Under the pieces are notes generated by a model that saw only the letters and a list, made by a program, of their open reading frames with translations, was not told the origin of the DNA and ran no database searches. 64,000 nucleotides of DNA from an uncultured bacterium (lineage in GTDB: Bacteria; Verrucomicrobiota; Kiritimatiellia; RFP12; UBA1067), in the NCBI GenBank assembly GCA_902779565.1, contig CACZCD010000001.1, positions 3,929 through 67,928 of the forward strand, in the 5' to 3' direction. Each line of letters begins with the position of its first letter. The first letter of the stretch is position 1. The position numbers and the translations under genes were made by a program. Positions 1 through 8,850 of this stretch are shown here, piece after piece.

Positions 1-838
1 CCAAGATGGCGGCCTTCACCTCATGCCCGATGGCGTGTCCCTGCGAGATGGTGAGGTCGCGCGCCACCTGCACATGAAGATCGGATTGCATCGAGCCGCC
101 ATAGCGGCGGATACGCACCTTGTGCACCCTACGCACGCCGGGCACGGCACAGGCGATACGCTCCACCTCCTTCGCCACCGCCCCGCAGTTGGCATCCGTC
201 AACGCCTGAAACGCCGGCTTCGCGATTTCGAACGCCACACGCAGGATGAACACGCCCACCAATATCGCGCCGGCGGCATCCAGCCACTTGAGCGACGGGA
301 AGAAATGGGCGACGGCGACGGCGATCGCAACGGGGATGGAGCTGATGGCGTCGGACCGGTGATGCCAGGCGTTCGCCTCTGTCGCCGGCGAATTGAACCG
401 CTTCGCCACGGCATGCGTCCAGCGGTAGAGCGCCTCCTTCGCCACGACCGAAAGGAGCGCCACAAAGAACGCCATCGCGTCCGGCACCGAACCGCCGCCC
501 TGCAACAGCGCGCAAAGCCCCTTCCAGCCGATCTCCAACGCGACGCCCGCCACCATCAGGGCGATGAAGCCTGTAACGACCGCTTCAATCTTGCCGTGTC
601 CGTAGGGATGGTCCTCGTCCGCCGGCGAGACCCAGAACTTCACGCCGAGAACGAGCGCCGCATCTGTGATGAGGTCGGAGAGCGAATGGATGGCATCCGC
701 CAGAAGCGCCTGCGACGCAAACGCCAAGCCACCGGCAAACTTCACGCCCGCGATCAGCAGGTTCACCGCCGCGCCGGCATACGTCACGCGGCGCACAGCG
801 GCGACCGAAGCCGCCCGGCTCTCCTCATCGTCGCTCAT
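1..838 (-). CDS. Cation diffusion facilitator (CDF) family metal efflux transporter, 3'-truncated by the window edge. The ATG at 838 overlaps the folP stop (ATGA).
   Basis: Minus-strand translation reads MSDDEESRAASVAAV...HSLSDLITD...HPYGHGKIE..., which are typical CDF signature segments with multiple TM stretches. This ORF is missing from the ORF track because it runs off the window. Confidence 0.75.
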   Translation of the reverse strand, partial: MSDDEESRAASVAAVRRVTYAGAAVNLLIAGVKFAGGLAFASQALLADAIHSLSDLITDAALVLGVKFWVSPADEDHPYGHGKIEAVVTGFIALMVAGVALEIGWKGLCALLQGGGSVPDAMAFFVALLSVVAKEALYRWTHAVAKRFNSPATEANAWHHRSDAISSIPVAIAVAVAHFFPSLKWLDAAGAILVGVFILRVAFEIAKPAFQALTDANCGAVAKEVERIACAVPGVRRVHKVRIRRYGGSMQSDLHVQVARDLTISQGHAIGHEVKAAIL

Positions 839-1587
839 GACAGGTTCCCGCTGTCGCCGTCCGCGCCGCGAATCGTCTCCATCACCTTGATCGCCTGAAC
901 GGTCTCGCGCACGTCATGCACGCGGACGACGGCAGCCCCGTTCAGCGCACACCACACGGCGATGCCGAGATTGCCGCCGAGGTTCTTGCCCGTCACCTTC
1001 TCGCCGGTAAGCTTCTTCACGATGCGCTTCCGGCTCGCCCCCACCAGCACGCGCCCCTTCTTCGCCAGATCGGGGATGGCTCGCAGCAGCGCAAGATCCT
1101 CCTCGCGCGTGGTGCCGAAGCCGATCATCGGATCGAAGTAGATGCGCGACCGAAGCGCCGGATCGTCCGCCACCTGATCCCAGCAACCGGCCGGCATCAC
1201 AAGCTCCATCTGCGGAAACTCCCGCAGAAGTGCCAGCATCGCCGGAATGGGTTCGGCATAGACGCAGTTGAGGATCGTCGCACCCAATCCGATGGACTGC
1301 CGCGCCGTCTCGGGATGATAAGTGTCGATGGAGATCGGGGGTTGAGGGCGGTGGCGGGCGGGAGTGGCGAAAAAGCCCTCAAGAACCGGTTCAAGACGAG
1401 ACCACTCCTGTTCCCACGTAAGCGGCGTTGCGCCGGGGCGCGTGGACTCCGCGCCGAAGTCGATGATCGCCGCGCCTTCCTCGATAAGATTGCGCGCACG
1501 GCGGACGGCTTCTTCGGGACGAAAATACTGGCCACCGTCCGAAAACGAATCGGGCGTGACGTTGACAATCCCCATGACCTGCGTCAT
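835..1587 (-). CDS. folP: Dihydropteroate synthase
   Basis: 250 aa. The N-terminus MTQVMGIVNVTPDSFSDGG is the pterin-binding DHPS signature, and length and motifs fit. There are 4-bp ATGA overlaps at both ends. Confidence 0.9.
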   Translation of the reverse strand: MTQVMGIVNVTPDSFSDGGQYFRPEEAVRRARNLIEEGAAIIDFGAESTRPGATPLTWEQEWSRLEPVLEGFFATPARHRPQPPISIDTYHPETARQSIGLGATILNCVYAEPIPAMLALLREFPQMELVMPAGCWDQVADDPALRSRIYFDPMIGFGTTREEDLALLRAIPDLAKKGRVLVGASRKRIVKKLTGEKVTGKNLGGNLGIAVWCALNGAAVVRVHDVRETVQAIKVMETIRGADGDSGNLS

Positions 1588-2831
1588 TTCTTCACCTTCT
1601 TCCGGATGGCCACGAACTGTCCGGGATCCTTCGCCCGCGCGACGATATGTTCCGCATAGGTCTCGCTGTAGCTCTTGCCGTCCACCATCTCGTCGCTACG
1701 CCCGTTGTAGCGCTTCAGCGCCGTCTGCCAATCATCGAATGTACCGGAGGGACGCTTTGACGCCGGCTGGCCGCTCGCGCCAAAACCCTTGCGCGTCAGG
1801 AACCGGATGGCCGCGCGGATATTCTGCTCCGCCGTTCCTTCATTTCGCTTCGAGGGTTTCGTGAGACCCAGCGAAGACTTCGCATCGCTCCAATCTCCCG
1901 GCACATTGACCTGCTGCGGATCCACATCCCACGCCGCCAACGAACGGGTGTCGCGCCCCCCCGTCTCCTCGATCATGTGCGACTTGACGAGCGCCGAGGT
2001 CAACGCGGGAATCTTCTTCCCCTGCGCAGGGGTCGCGCCGGCCCAGTCCGTGCGATTGCGGTTGAACTCGTCCACGCACCGCACGATGAGCGCATCATGC
2101 TCCTGATAGCGGTCATCCTCAAATCCCCGGAAGATCGGTACGCGCCGCACGCGCCATTCGGCGGCGCGATCCACGATGGCGCCCGGCGGCGTGGGCGCAG
2201 TCTCTGTCTCGCCCGTGCGATGTGCCGGTGGGGTCACGCGTCCCGCGTGACCGCCGGGCGGTGTCTTGCCGGTGGGCTGCCTTTTGCCGACGGGCGGCGC
2301 CTTTCCGGCGTTGGCCGCCATCCACCGCTTGTGGAAACGGCGGTAGAGGGCTTCGACCTTCTGAAGCGCGGGGCGCTCCTCCTTCTTCACGAACCGGTCG
2401 TCGAAGTAGAGATAGCCATACTTGTCGAATGCGAACCGGTTGTTCATCACATTGATCTCGAACGCGACGCCAGCCTTGGACATCGGCTCCTCCTCGATGC
2501 CCTGCGCCTTCAGCTTCGCCAAATAGACCGCACGGCGCTCCCCTGATTTCTGGATCACCTGCATCACCTCGGTGAACGCCTGTGCAATCTCCAACCATTC
2601 AGCCGGTGCAATCTGCAGCGAGGTCGCCGGCAACCCCTTCAACCCTTCCCCCATGGGCTGGAAGTTGACGGCCGCATTCATCAACGCGCCCAGGACATCC
2701 TGCGGCACGGACGGCGCCGGCGCACGTGCTGGTTTCGGGGCGGTGCCTTGCGGTGCCGCCTCAGCGCAGAACGTCAGGACGACCAAAGTGGTCGCCAGCC
2801 CAAAACAGAACTTGGAAAGATTGTTTGCCAT
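1584..2831 (-). CDS. Secreted hypothetical protein (signal peptide; Pro/Ala-rich linker), translationally coupled to folP
   Basis: 415 aa. N-terminus MANNLSKFCFGLATTLVVLTFCAEAAP (signal peptide), then a low-complexity PAP-rich region and a C-terminal globular part. I recognised no confident family. Confidence 0.5.
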   Translation of the reverse strand: MANNLSKFCFGLATTLVVLTFCAEAAPQGTAPKPARAPAPSVPQDVLGALMNAAVNFQPMGEGLKGLPATSLQIAPAEWLEIAQAFTEVMQVIQKSGERRAVYLAKLKAQGIEEEPMSKAGVAFEINVMNNRFAFDKYGYLYFDDRFVKKEERPALQKVEALYRRFHKRWMAANAGKAPPVGKRQPTGKTPPGGHAGRVTPPAHRTGETETAPTPPGAIVDRAAEWRVRRVPIFRGFEDDRYQEHDALIVRCVDEFNRNRTDWAGATPAQGKKIPALTSALVKSHMIEETGGRDTRSLAAWDVDPQQVNVPGDWSDAKSSLGLTKPSKRNEGTAEQNIRAAIRFLTRKGFGASGQPASKRPSGTFDDWQTALKRYNGRSDEMVDGKSYSETYAEHIVARAKDPGQFVAIRKKVKK

Positions 2832-2858
2832 ACGCCGCTGATTATATCACATGTTCGG

Positions 2859-4589
2859 TCATTTCAACCGGCCGATGAACGAAATCCGGCCGGCGCCCGT
2901 TGGCTTCTCGTAGGCGAGCGGATAGTTGGCGAGCGCCGCCAGCGGCGAGGCGGCCGAGGTGAGGGAGGGCTGACCCGTTGCATCCTTCTGGAAAGCCTTC
3001 GCATATTCCGCCAGCACCAGATAGTCCGTCGCCATGCCGTTCTCAATCTTCTTCGTGCTGCGGAACATCGCGAACCCATCGCCGCCATCCACAAGTGTAA
3101 AGCCATTCCCGACAACACGATAGACGCCGTGCGGATCAAGCGGAACGAACTTCCCCTCCTTGCGGTCGTAAACCTGCACGTTCTTGACGCGATAGACGCC
3201 GTTCGACGGTCCAGCCACCCATGCACCCGTCGCATCCACCTGTATGGCGGACTTCACCGTCACGTCCACCGCATACTTGAGACCGGCGACCTGAAGAAAT
3301 CCGCCGAACTCCGCCTCGCCCCCAACCTGCGCACCGAACTCAAGCGCGTCGAGAATCTGCCGCCCGTTCGCCTCCACCACGCCGATGTCCCCGCCGAACG
3401 GCTGCACTGTGCGGAGCGCCTTGAGCGTCACGTCGCCCGCTGGGATGTCCGCGCGCACGTTGCCGCCGTTCATGAGCGCACAGTCGCACGCGAAACCATA
3501 CCGCTCGTTCGCGCACCACCACGCGGCATCCGCCGCGAAATCACCCGCCGAGCAATCTTCCTTGCGCGCCAGACGGTCCGTCGTGCCCGGCACATAGGCG
3601 CAGAGCGCGGTGGGGGCGACCGCCACGCGCTTCCCCAGCTGACGCGCCACCTTGTCGGCCAGCTCCTGTTCGAGACGGGCCACCGCCGGCTTCTTCTCGC
3701 CGCGCGGATACACCGTACCGGCGGCGACGCACCGTCCATCCTCAAACGTCAACGAGCCCAAGATGCCGAGGTAGCTGCCACTCTGCGTGAGCACCACCTC
3801 TTGCCCCACCGCGTTACGCACGCGCATGCCGGTATACTCGGAATGCGAATGGCCATCGATGAACGCAACCACGTTCGTGGTGTGCGCAATCACGTCCAAT
3901 GACCGATAACCCGCACAGTCGGGCGACACGCCCATGTGACCGAGCAGGATCGTGTAGTCCGCGTGCGCGGCAGCTTCGTCCACGGCCTGCTGCACGGCGG
4001 CATAGAGCGCGTCGCCACGCTCTCCCGCAATGAAATCGTACGCGCGCCAACTCCCCGAGGGATCGAGGAAGGTTGACGGTTTCGCCGAGACGAGCGTGGT
4101 GGGCGTGGTGACGCCGACGAACGCCACGCGCACCGTCCCCGCCGTCACCACCACATACGACGGCAGCACGCGCGTCCCCGGATCGTCAGGTGCCTTTCGG
4201 TGGATGAAGTTGCAGCAGGTGTAGCGGAACGTCGCTCGACGGACATTGTCAAACATCGTCTGCATGCCATAGTCGAACTCGTGGTTGCCGAGCGTCGCCA
4301 CGTCGTAGCCGGCGGCGTTCATGATGCCGATCACGCTGCGGCCCGAATCGTATCCGCCGAGGGCGGTGCCCTGCACATGGTCGCCCGCATCCACCAGGAT
4401 CACATGTTCACCAGCCGCCTCAAGGCGATCCTTTTCCGCCGCAATCGCCGAGAACGCGACAAGCCCGTCGTCAATGTGGGAATGTGTGTCGTTCGTGTGC
4501 AGCACCGTCACACGCGCGGCTACAGCCGTGCACGACACAAGCATCGCCGCCACGACGATCATTCCATTCATTTTTCTTTCTTTCATCAT
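2859..4589 (-). CDS. Secreted 5'-nucleotidase / UDP-sugar hydrolase family metallophosphoesterase
   Basis: Motifs LHTNDTHSH, GDHVQG and GNHEFD (calcineurin-like dimetal site) plus a C-terminal 5'-nucleotidase substrate domain. I chose the start at MMKERKMNG... (signal peptide), preceded by AAGGAG. The ORF-track start at 4745 would read through the repeat element. Confidence 0.8.
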   Translation of the reverse strand: MMKERKMNGMIVVAAMLVSCTAVAARVTVLHTNDTHSHIDDGLVAFSAIAAEKDRLEAAGEHVILVDAGDHVQGTALGGYDSGRSVIGIMNAAGYDVATLGNHEFDYGMQTMFDNVRRATFRYTCCNFIHRKAPDDPGTRVLPSYVVVTAGTVRVAFVGVTTPTTLVSAKPSTFLDPSGSWRAYDFIAGERGDALYAAVQQAVDEAAAHADYTILLGHMGVSPDCAGYRSLDVIAHTTNVVAFIDGHSHSEYTGMRVRNAVGQEVVLTQSGSYLGILGSLTFEDGRCVAAGTVYPRGEKKPAVARLEQELADKVARQLGKRVAVAPTALCAYVPGTTDRLARKEDCSAGDFAADAAWWCANERYGFACDCALMNGGNVRADIPAGDVTLKALRTVQPFGGDIGVVEANGRQILDALEFGAQVGGEAEFGGFLQVAGLKYAVDVTVKSAIQVDATGAWVAGPSNGVYRVKNVQVYDRKEGKFVPLDPHGVYRVVGNGFTLVDGGDGFAMFRSTKKIENGMATDYLVLAEYAKAFQKDATGQPSLTSAASPLAALANYPLAYEKPTGAGRISFIGRLK

Positions 4590-4624
4590 AGTCTCCTTGA
4601 CGGTCAGTTGGTAGTTGATAGTTG

Positions 4625-4782
4625 GTGGTTGATTTGTCTCACGCAGAGGCGCAGAGGACGCAGAGAGAAATTTCGGAGTTGTGACTCCGCTCAAAAAATA
4701 ACATGGATTCCACCTTTCCACTTTTCCACCTTTCCACCATTCCACCTTTCCACTTTTCCACCTTTCAACCTTTCAACTTTTG
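4625..4782. repeat. Tandem-repeat hairpin element copy 1: CA-rich arm (4625-4655) and purine arm (4708-4782) around a spacer carrying GCAGAGG x3 and a small hairpin
   Basis: Plus-strand arms: gttggtagttgatagttggtggttg ... ccacctttccacttttccacctttccaccattccacctttccacttttccacctttcaacctttcaac. The arms are imperfectly complementary (GTTGAWAG units pair with CTTTCMAC units). Confidence 0.8.
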
Positions 4783-6045
4783 GATGAGGAACACCTTGTC
4801 GCCCACGCGGCAGCGCGGGGCCGGGAACGTCACCCACGTCCCCTTCTCGGCCACCTCCGGTACTTCCTCGTCGCGCCGGAGCGAAGCGATGCGAAACTCC
4901 TGTACGCCCGTTGTGGGACCTTGGATCTGGACGAGATCACCCACTTTTACGGCGGCATCCTGAATCTTCACCTGCGCAATCTCCGCCTTCAGGAAATAGT
5001 CGATCACGATGCCGACGTGGCGTTTCACCTCCTGCGCGGACGAATTGGGCGTATCAGTGAACTGGTCCACTCCCGGACGCCCAAAGTAGAGGCCGCGCGA
5101 ATATTCGCGATGGAAGAAACGCCGCGTCCGCGCGACCAGACGCTCCGCCTGCTCGGGCGTATACGTGCCGGCCAACACAGCATCCACCGCTTCGCGGTAA
5201 GCGCTCACCACTGTCATCACATATTCGGCGTTGCGGGCGCGTCCCTCGATCTTGAACGACGCGATGCCCGCCGCCATCAGCTGATCGATGAACGGCAGCG
5301 AACAGAGGTCCTTCGCCGAGAGCACGGTGTGGGGCGTCACAAAGAACTCCGTCTCCGAATCATGCACGGGCTGCCCCTCGCCATCCGAATAGAGATCAAC
5401 GGCCTTTAGAAGAAACGTGCGCCGGCAGGGCTGGCGACACTCGCCGCGGTTCGCGCTGCAGCCGTAGGCGTCGTGGCTCATCATGCAGCGTCCGCTCTCC
5501 GCCACGCATTGCGCGCCATGCACGAAGCACTCCACCTCCAGGCCGCCTGCCGCCACGATGCGCTTCACCTCGTCAAGCGTGCATTCGCGCGCCAGCACCA
5601 CGCGCGAAGCGCCCTGCTCCTTCACGAAGCGCACCGCCGCCGAATTCGAGATGCTCATCTGCGTGGAGACGTGAAACCGCACGCCGTGTTTTCGGCACAG
5701 CGCCACCACGCCCCAGTCCGCAACGATGAACGCATCCACATACGGCTTCGCCGCCATGATCATCCGCTCTACTTTCTCCGTCTCATCCTCAAACAGGATC
5801 GCGTTGAGCGTGAGATAACGCTTCACCCGCCGCGGTGCCGCTTCGCACCGCCGCTGGATCTCCGGCAGGTCTTCCACCGTGAAGTTCACGCCCGCGCGCT
5901 GGCGCATGTTGAATTCGTCCAAGCCGAAATAGACGGCGTCCGCCCCCGCATCAATTGCCGCCTGAAGGCAGGTCATGTCACCGGCCGGCGCCAAGATCTC
6001 AGGCGCCTTCAGGCCGCAACCAACATCGCGCACATCCTGCTGCAT
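4765..6045 (-). CDS. Peptidase U32 family protein (collagenase-like / YhbU-YegQ family)
   Basis: KAPEILAPAGD N-terminal motif, Cys-rich central segment and U32 C-terminal domain. The start is taken at MQQDVRD (6045). The C-terminal codons ...KLKG and the stop are supplied by the repeat element (aaagttgaaaggttga). Confidence 0.8.
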   Translation of the reverse strand: MQQDVRDVGCGLKAPEILAPAGDMTCLQAAIDAGADAVYFGLDEFNMRQRAGVNFTVEDLPEIQRRCEAAPRRVKRYLTLNAILFEDETEKVERMIMAAKPYVDAFIVADWGVVALCRKHGVRFHVSTQMSISNSAAVRFVKEQGASRVVLARECTLDEVKRIVAAGGLEVECFVHGAQCVAESGRCMMSHDAYGCSANRGECRQPCRRTFLLKAVDLYSDGEGQPVHDSETEFFVTPHTVLSAKDLCSLPFIDQLMAAGIASFKIEGRARNAEYVMTVVSAYREAVDAVLAGTYTPEQAERLVARTRRFFHREYSRGLYFGRPGVDQFTDTPNSSAQEVKRHVGIVIDYFLKAEIAQVKIQDAAVKVGDLVQIQGPTTGVQEFRIASLRRDEEVPEVAEKGTWVTFPAPRCRVGDKVFLIQKLKG

Positions 6046-6061
6046 GGTTCCCGCCTGCGCG

Positions 6062-7150
6062 TCAGATCTTTCCCAGACCGGCGGCGATGCGCTCCGAGAG
6101 ATCCTTGTCACGAAGCGCGGTGAGAACCGGATCAAGTTCTCCCTCGATGATGCGGTCGAGCGAATAGAGAGTGAGATCCACGCGATGATCGGTCAACCGG
6201 TTCTGCGGGAAGTTATAGGTACGGATGCGCTCGGAGCGGTCGCCCGAACCGCGCAGCGTCAGACGCGACGCGCCCAGCTTCGCCTCTTCCTCGCGCCGCT
6301 TGAAGTCGAGGATGCGCGCCTTGAGGGTGGCCAGACACTTCTCGCGGTTTCGGATCTGCGAGCGTTCATCCTGACACTGCGCCACGAGTCCCGTGGGAAG
6401 ATGCGTCATGCGGACGGCGGACTCCGTCTTGTTTACGTGCTGACCGCCCGCGCCGCCCGCACAGAAGAGGTCGATGCGCAGATCCTTCTCGGGAATCTCC
6501 AGCTCATCCTCCTCGTCCGCCTCCGGGAACACCACCACCGTCGCCGCGCTCGTGTGGATGCGTCCCTGCGCCTCCGTCTCAGGCACGCGCTGGACGCGGT
6601 GTCCGCCGCTCTCGAAACGGAAGAGCCCGTAGGCCCCCTCACCCTCAACGGTGAAGATGACCTCCTTGTAGCCATCAAGAGAAGTCTGGTTTTCGGACAT
6701 CACGCGGATGCGCCAGCCCCTCGCCTCGCAGTAGCGCGAATACATGCGGAACAGGTCGCCCGCGAACAGCGCGGCCTCCTCGCCGCCGGTGCCGGCGCGG
6801 ATCTCGAAGCAGGCGTTGCGCGCCTCGAGCGGATCGGGCGGCAGAAGTCCCGCCAGCACCTCACGCTCGGCATCCGGGATGCCCGACGAAAGCAACTCGA
6901 CCTCCTTCGTCGCCTCGGCCGCCAATTCGGGATCCAAAGAGGCGTCGGACAGCATCGCCTTGGCGCCGTCGATGTCGTCCAACAGCTTGAAGTAGCGCTT
7001 CGCCGCCGCTTCGAGCTTCTTGAGGGCCGTGTGTTCGCGCACCGTCTCGCGGTAGCGCTTCACGTCCGCAATAACGGAAGAATCGCCCATCGCGGCTTCC
7101 ACCGCAGAGAGGCGATCCAACACTTTTCCGATCTGGGCTTTCTCGATCAA
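6062..7150 (-). CDS. prfA: Peptide chain release factor 1
   Basis: GGQ motif (GGAGGQHVNKTESAVR), PxT-type tripeptide region (RVQRVPETEAQGRIHTS), about 360 aa. Confidence 0.9.
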   Translation of the reverse strand: MIEKAQIGKVLDRLSAVEAAMGDSSVIADVKRYRETVREHTALKKLEAAAKRYFKLLDDIDGAKAMLSDASLDPELAAEATKEVELLSSGIPDAEREVLAGLLPPDPLEARNACFEIRAGTGGEEAALFAGDLFRMYSRYCEARGWRIRVMSENQTSLDGYKEVIFTVEGEGAYGLFRFESGGHRVQRVPETEAQGRIHTSAATVVVFPEADEEDELEIPEKDLRIDLFCAGGAGGQHVNKTESAVRMTHLPTGLVAQCQDERSQIRNREKCLATLKARILDFKRREEEAKLGASRLTLRGSGDRSERIRTYNFPQNRLTDHRVDLTLYSLDRIIEGELDPVLTALRDKDLSERIAAGLGKI

Positions 7151-7359
7151 GCCTTTTTCTGGAATTTCGCGTAGCGCTTCTTGAACGAGTCAACGCGGCC
7201 TTCCGTGTCAACCATCGTCTTCTGCCCCGTGAAGTAGGGGTGGCACGCGGAGCAGGTGTTCACCTGCATCTCCTTCTTGGTGGAACGCGTCTTGATGACA
7301 TTGCCGCACGCGCACGTAATCGTCGCGTCTTCGTAGGTAGGATGGATTCCTTCTTTCAT
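7147..7359 (-). CDS. rpmE: 50S ribosomal protein L31
   Basis: MKEGIHPTYEDATITCACGNVIKTRS...CSACHPYFTGQ, with a zinc-ribbon CxxC...CxxC, 70 aa. Start chosen at MKEG (7359). Confidence 0.85.
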   Translation of the reverse strand: MKEGIHPTYEDATITCACGNVIKTRSTKKEMQVNTCSACHPYFTGQKTMVDTEGRVDSFKKRYAKFQKKA

Positions 7360-7436
7360 CTTTCTTCTCTGCCTTTCAAAAAAGTGTGCGTATGATACCA
7401 TTTTGCCGCCCTCCGCGCAAGAGGGTGCGCGGGAAA

Positions 7437-7660
7437 GGCGCTTGTGCTTGTGTTTGTTGCCAGTCCGTGGCCGCGTCCGTTGTAGCCCGTTGCCTGTCCG
7501 TTAGGCGTCCGTATTAGCCCGTGTGAAGTCCGTAATCTGCCTGAAGCCTGTCCATGATATGTCCGTGGGTAGTCCGTGGTGTGTCCGTCTATGGGAGGGC
7601 GAGTGTCCTCGTGAAACGCCTCAAGTCCGTAATGCGTCCTTCTCGTATCCGTGTGAAGAA
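7437..7660 (+). repeat. Array R1: about 17 copies of GTCCGT (variants GCCCGT, GTCCTC, ATCCGT) phased at 10-12 bp (mean ~11 bp). It is an inverted copy of block B of R2.
   Basis: ccagtccgtgg ccgcgtccgtt gtagcccgttg cctgtccgtta ggcgtccgtat ... The first ~60 bp (ggcgcttgtgcttgtgtttgttgccagtccgtggccgcgtccgtt) is the near-exact reverse complement of 23225-23285. Confidence 0.85.
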
Positions 7661-7765
7661 ATGCGAAAAGGCGGGCGGCCCGAAGACCGCCCGCCGCCAC
7701 GGAGGGTGCGCGCGTCCACGAATGCAATCCGCTACGCAATCGCGCGCCTCCGTCTTTCTCCGCCC

Positions 7766-8833
7766 TTATATCGAGACGACAGTCACCGTCACCGGCGAAG
7801 AGGTGTGATCCGCACCGCCGCTGTGGCGCGTCACCGTGACCGAAACCTCGGAATTGTCCAGTACATCGTCGAGTCCGGTGGGCCACTCGGACTTCAAGTA
7901 CACATCGGTCATCTCGTGTACGCTTCCCCAGACCTCCGCACCGTCCTCGCGGGTGAATTTCACCGACAACTCTGAGCCGTCATACCCGAAGTTGCGCCCA
8001 GAGATCATGACTTCCTCTCCCTTGATGAGCTGCCCCGGTATGGCACCCGCAGCCGTAGAGACGATTGAGGTCACCACCGGTGTCAGATCCGGTCCGGGCG
8101 GGATCGCCGCCGCCTTGACCGTGACCTTGTGCAGAGCCGTGACGAGCGGAGCCGTGGGGTCGAGACCGTGCGAGACGAGCCGCACGTAGTATGTCCCCGC
8201 CGATACCGCCGAGGCGAGCGTGCAGATGATCCGCTGGCCGTCCTCGGTGGAGACCACCGTGATGTCTGCGACCTTGGTCAGTCCGTCCGCCGCAACGAGC
8301 GCAAGGGATTCGTCCTCGCCGTCCGGCACCGTGAGATCGATGCCCGCAATGCGGAACTCCTTCAGTCCGTCGATCAGGCGGTAGGTCTCGGACGCGAGAT
8401 CCATGACAGAACTGATCTTCACGTTGCCGTTCACCGCTTCCACCCCGAGGCTTGTCGGTGCTATGCCGGACACCGCATCGCGGATGTCCTGTGAGAGCGT
8501 CGCGCCGATGTAGAGCGTGTTGCGCGGGGCGCGGAACTCGTCGTCCTCGCTGTCGAACGCCCCGCCAATCATCGGATAGAGCGACACCGCGCCCATGTTG
8601 ATGCGTACGACATCGTCCGCGATCTTCTCGGCGGCAAACTCATAGAACGCGTTCAGGAAGTACTGCGCCGTAGCGCGGGTCATGAACGTGCCCCTGTCGA
8701 GCATCCGCTGGAGGATGTTGTCGTAGGCGAGCGAGCCAATCGGAACGGCCACGCCAAGATACGGAGCCTTCGCCGCCGTCGAAGTGCCGTTACGCACGAG
8801 ACGGTAGCCGACTTTCATTGTCTTCGTTGACAT
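7766..8833 (-). CDS. HU-like DNA-binding domain protein of the Bacteroidetes type (HU fold N-terminus + Ig-like/DUF4469-type C-terminal extension), paralog A
   Basis: 355 aa. It is paralogous to the next gene (RINMGAVSLYPMIGGAFDSEDDEFRAPRNTLYIGATL vs RINLGQLTTGFAIRGAFMSEDEAFDPERHQLIATIRTL). The N-terminal pattern resembles Bacteroides histone-like proteins. Confidence 0.5.
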   Translation of the reverse strand: MSTKTMKVGYRLVRNGTSTAAKAPYLGVAVPIGSLAYDNILQRMLDRGTFMTRATAQYFLNAFYEFAAEKIADDVVRINMGAVSLYPMIGGAFDSEDDEFRAPRNTLYIGATLSQDIRDAVSGIAPTSLGVEAVNGNVKISSVMDLASETYRLIDGLKEFRIAGIDLTVPDGEDESLALVAADGLTKVADITVVSTEDGQRIICTLASAVSAGTYYVRLVSHGLDPTAPLVTALHKVTVKAAAIPPGPDLTPVVTSIVSTAAGAIPGQLIKGEEVMISGRNFGYDGSELSVKFTREDGAEVWGSVHEMTDVYLKSEWPTGLDDVLDNSEVSVTVTRHSGGADHTSSPVTVTVVSI

Positions 8834-8850
8834 GATGTTTATCCTTTCTT

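Noticed and set aside
23-898. 291-aa plus-strand ORF at the window start
   Set aside because: It is Arg/His-rich nonsense opposite the clearly recognisable CDF transporter (HSLSDLITD, HPYGHGKIE) on the minus strand.
4590-4745. N-terminal extension of the 5'-nucleotidase ORF (MEWWKGGKVERWNPCYF...)
   Set aside because: The extension is the translation of the repeat element. The genuine start, with AAGGAG RBS and signal peptide, is at 4589.
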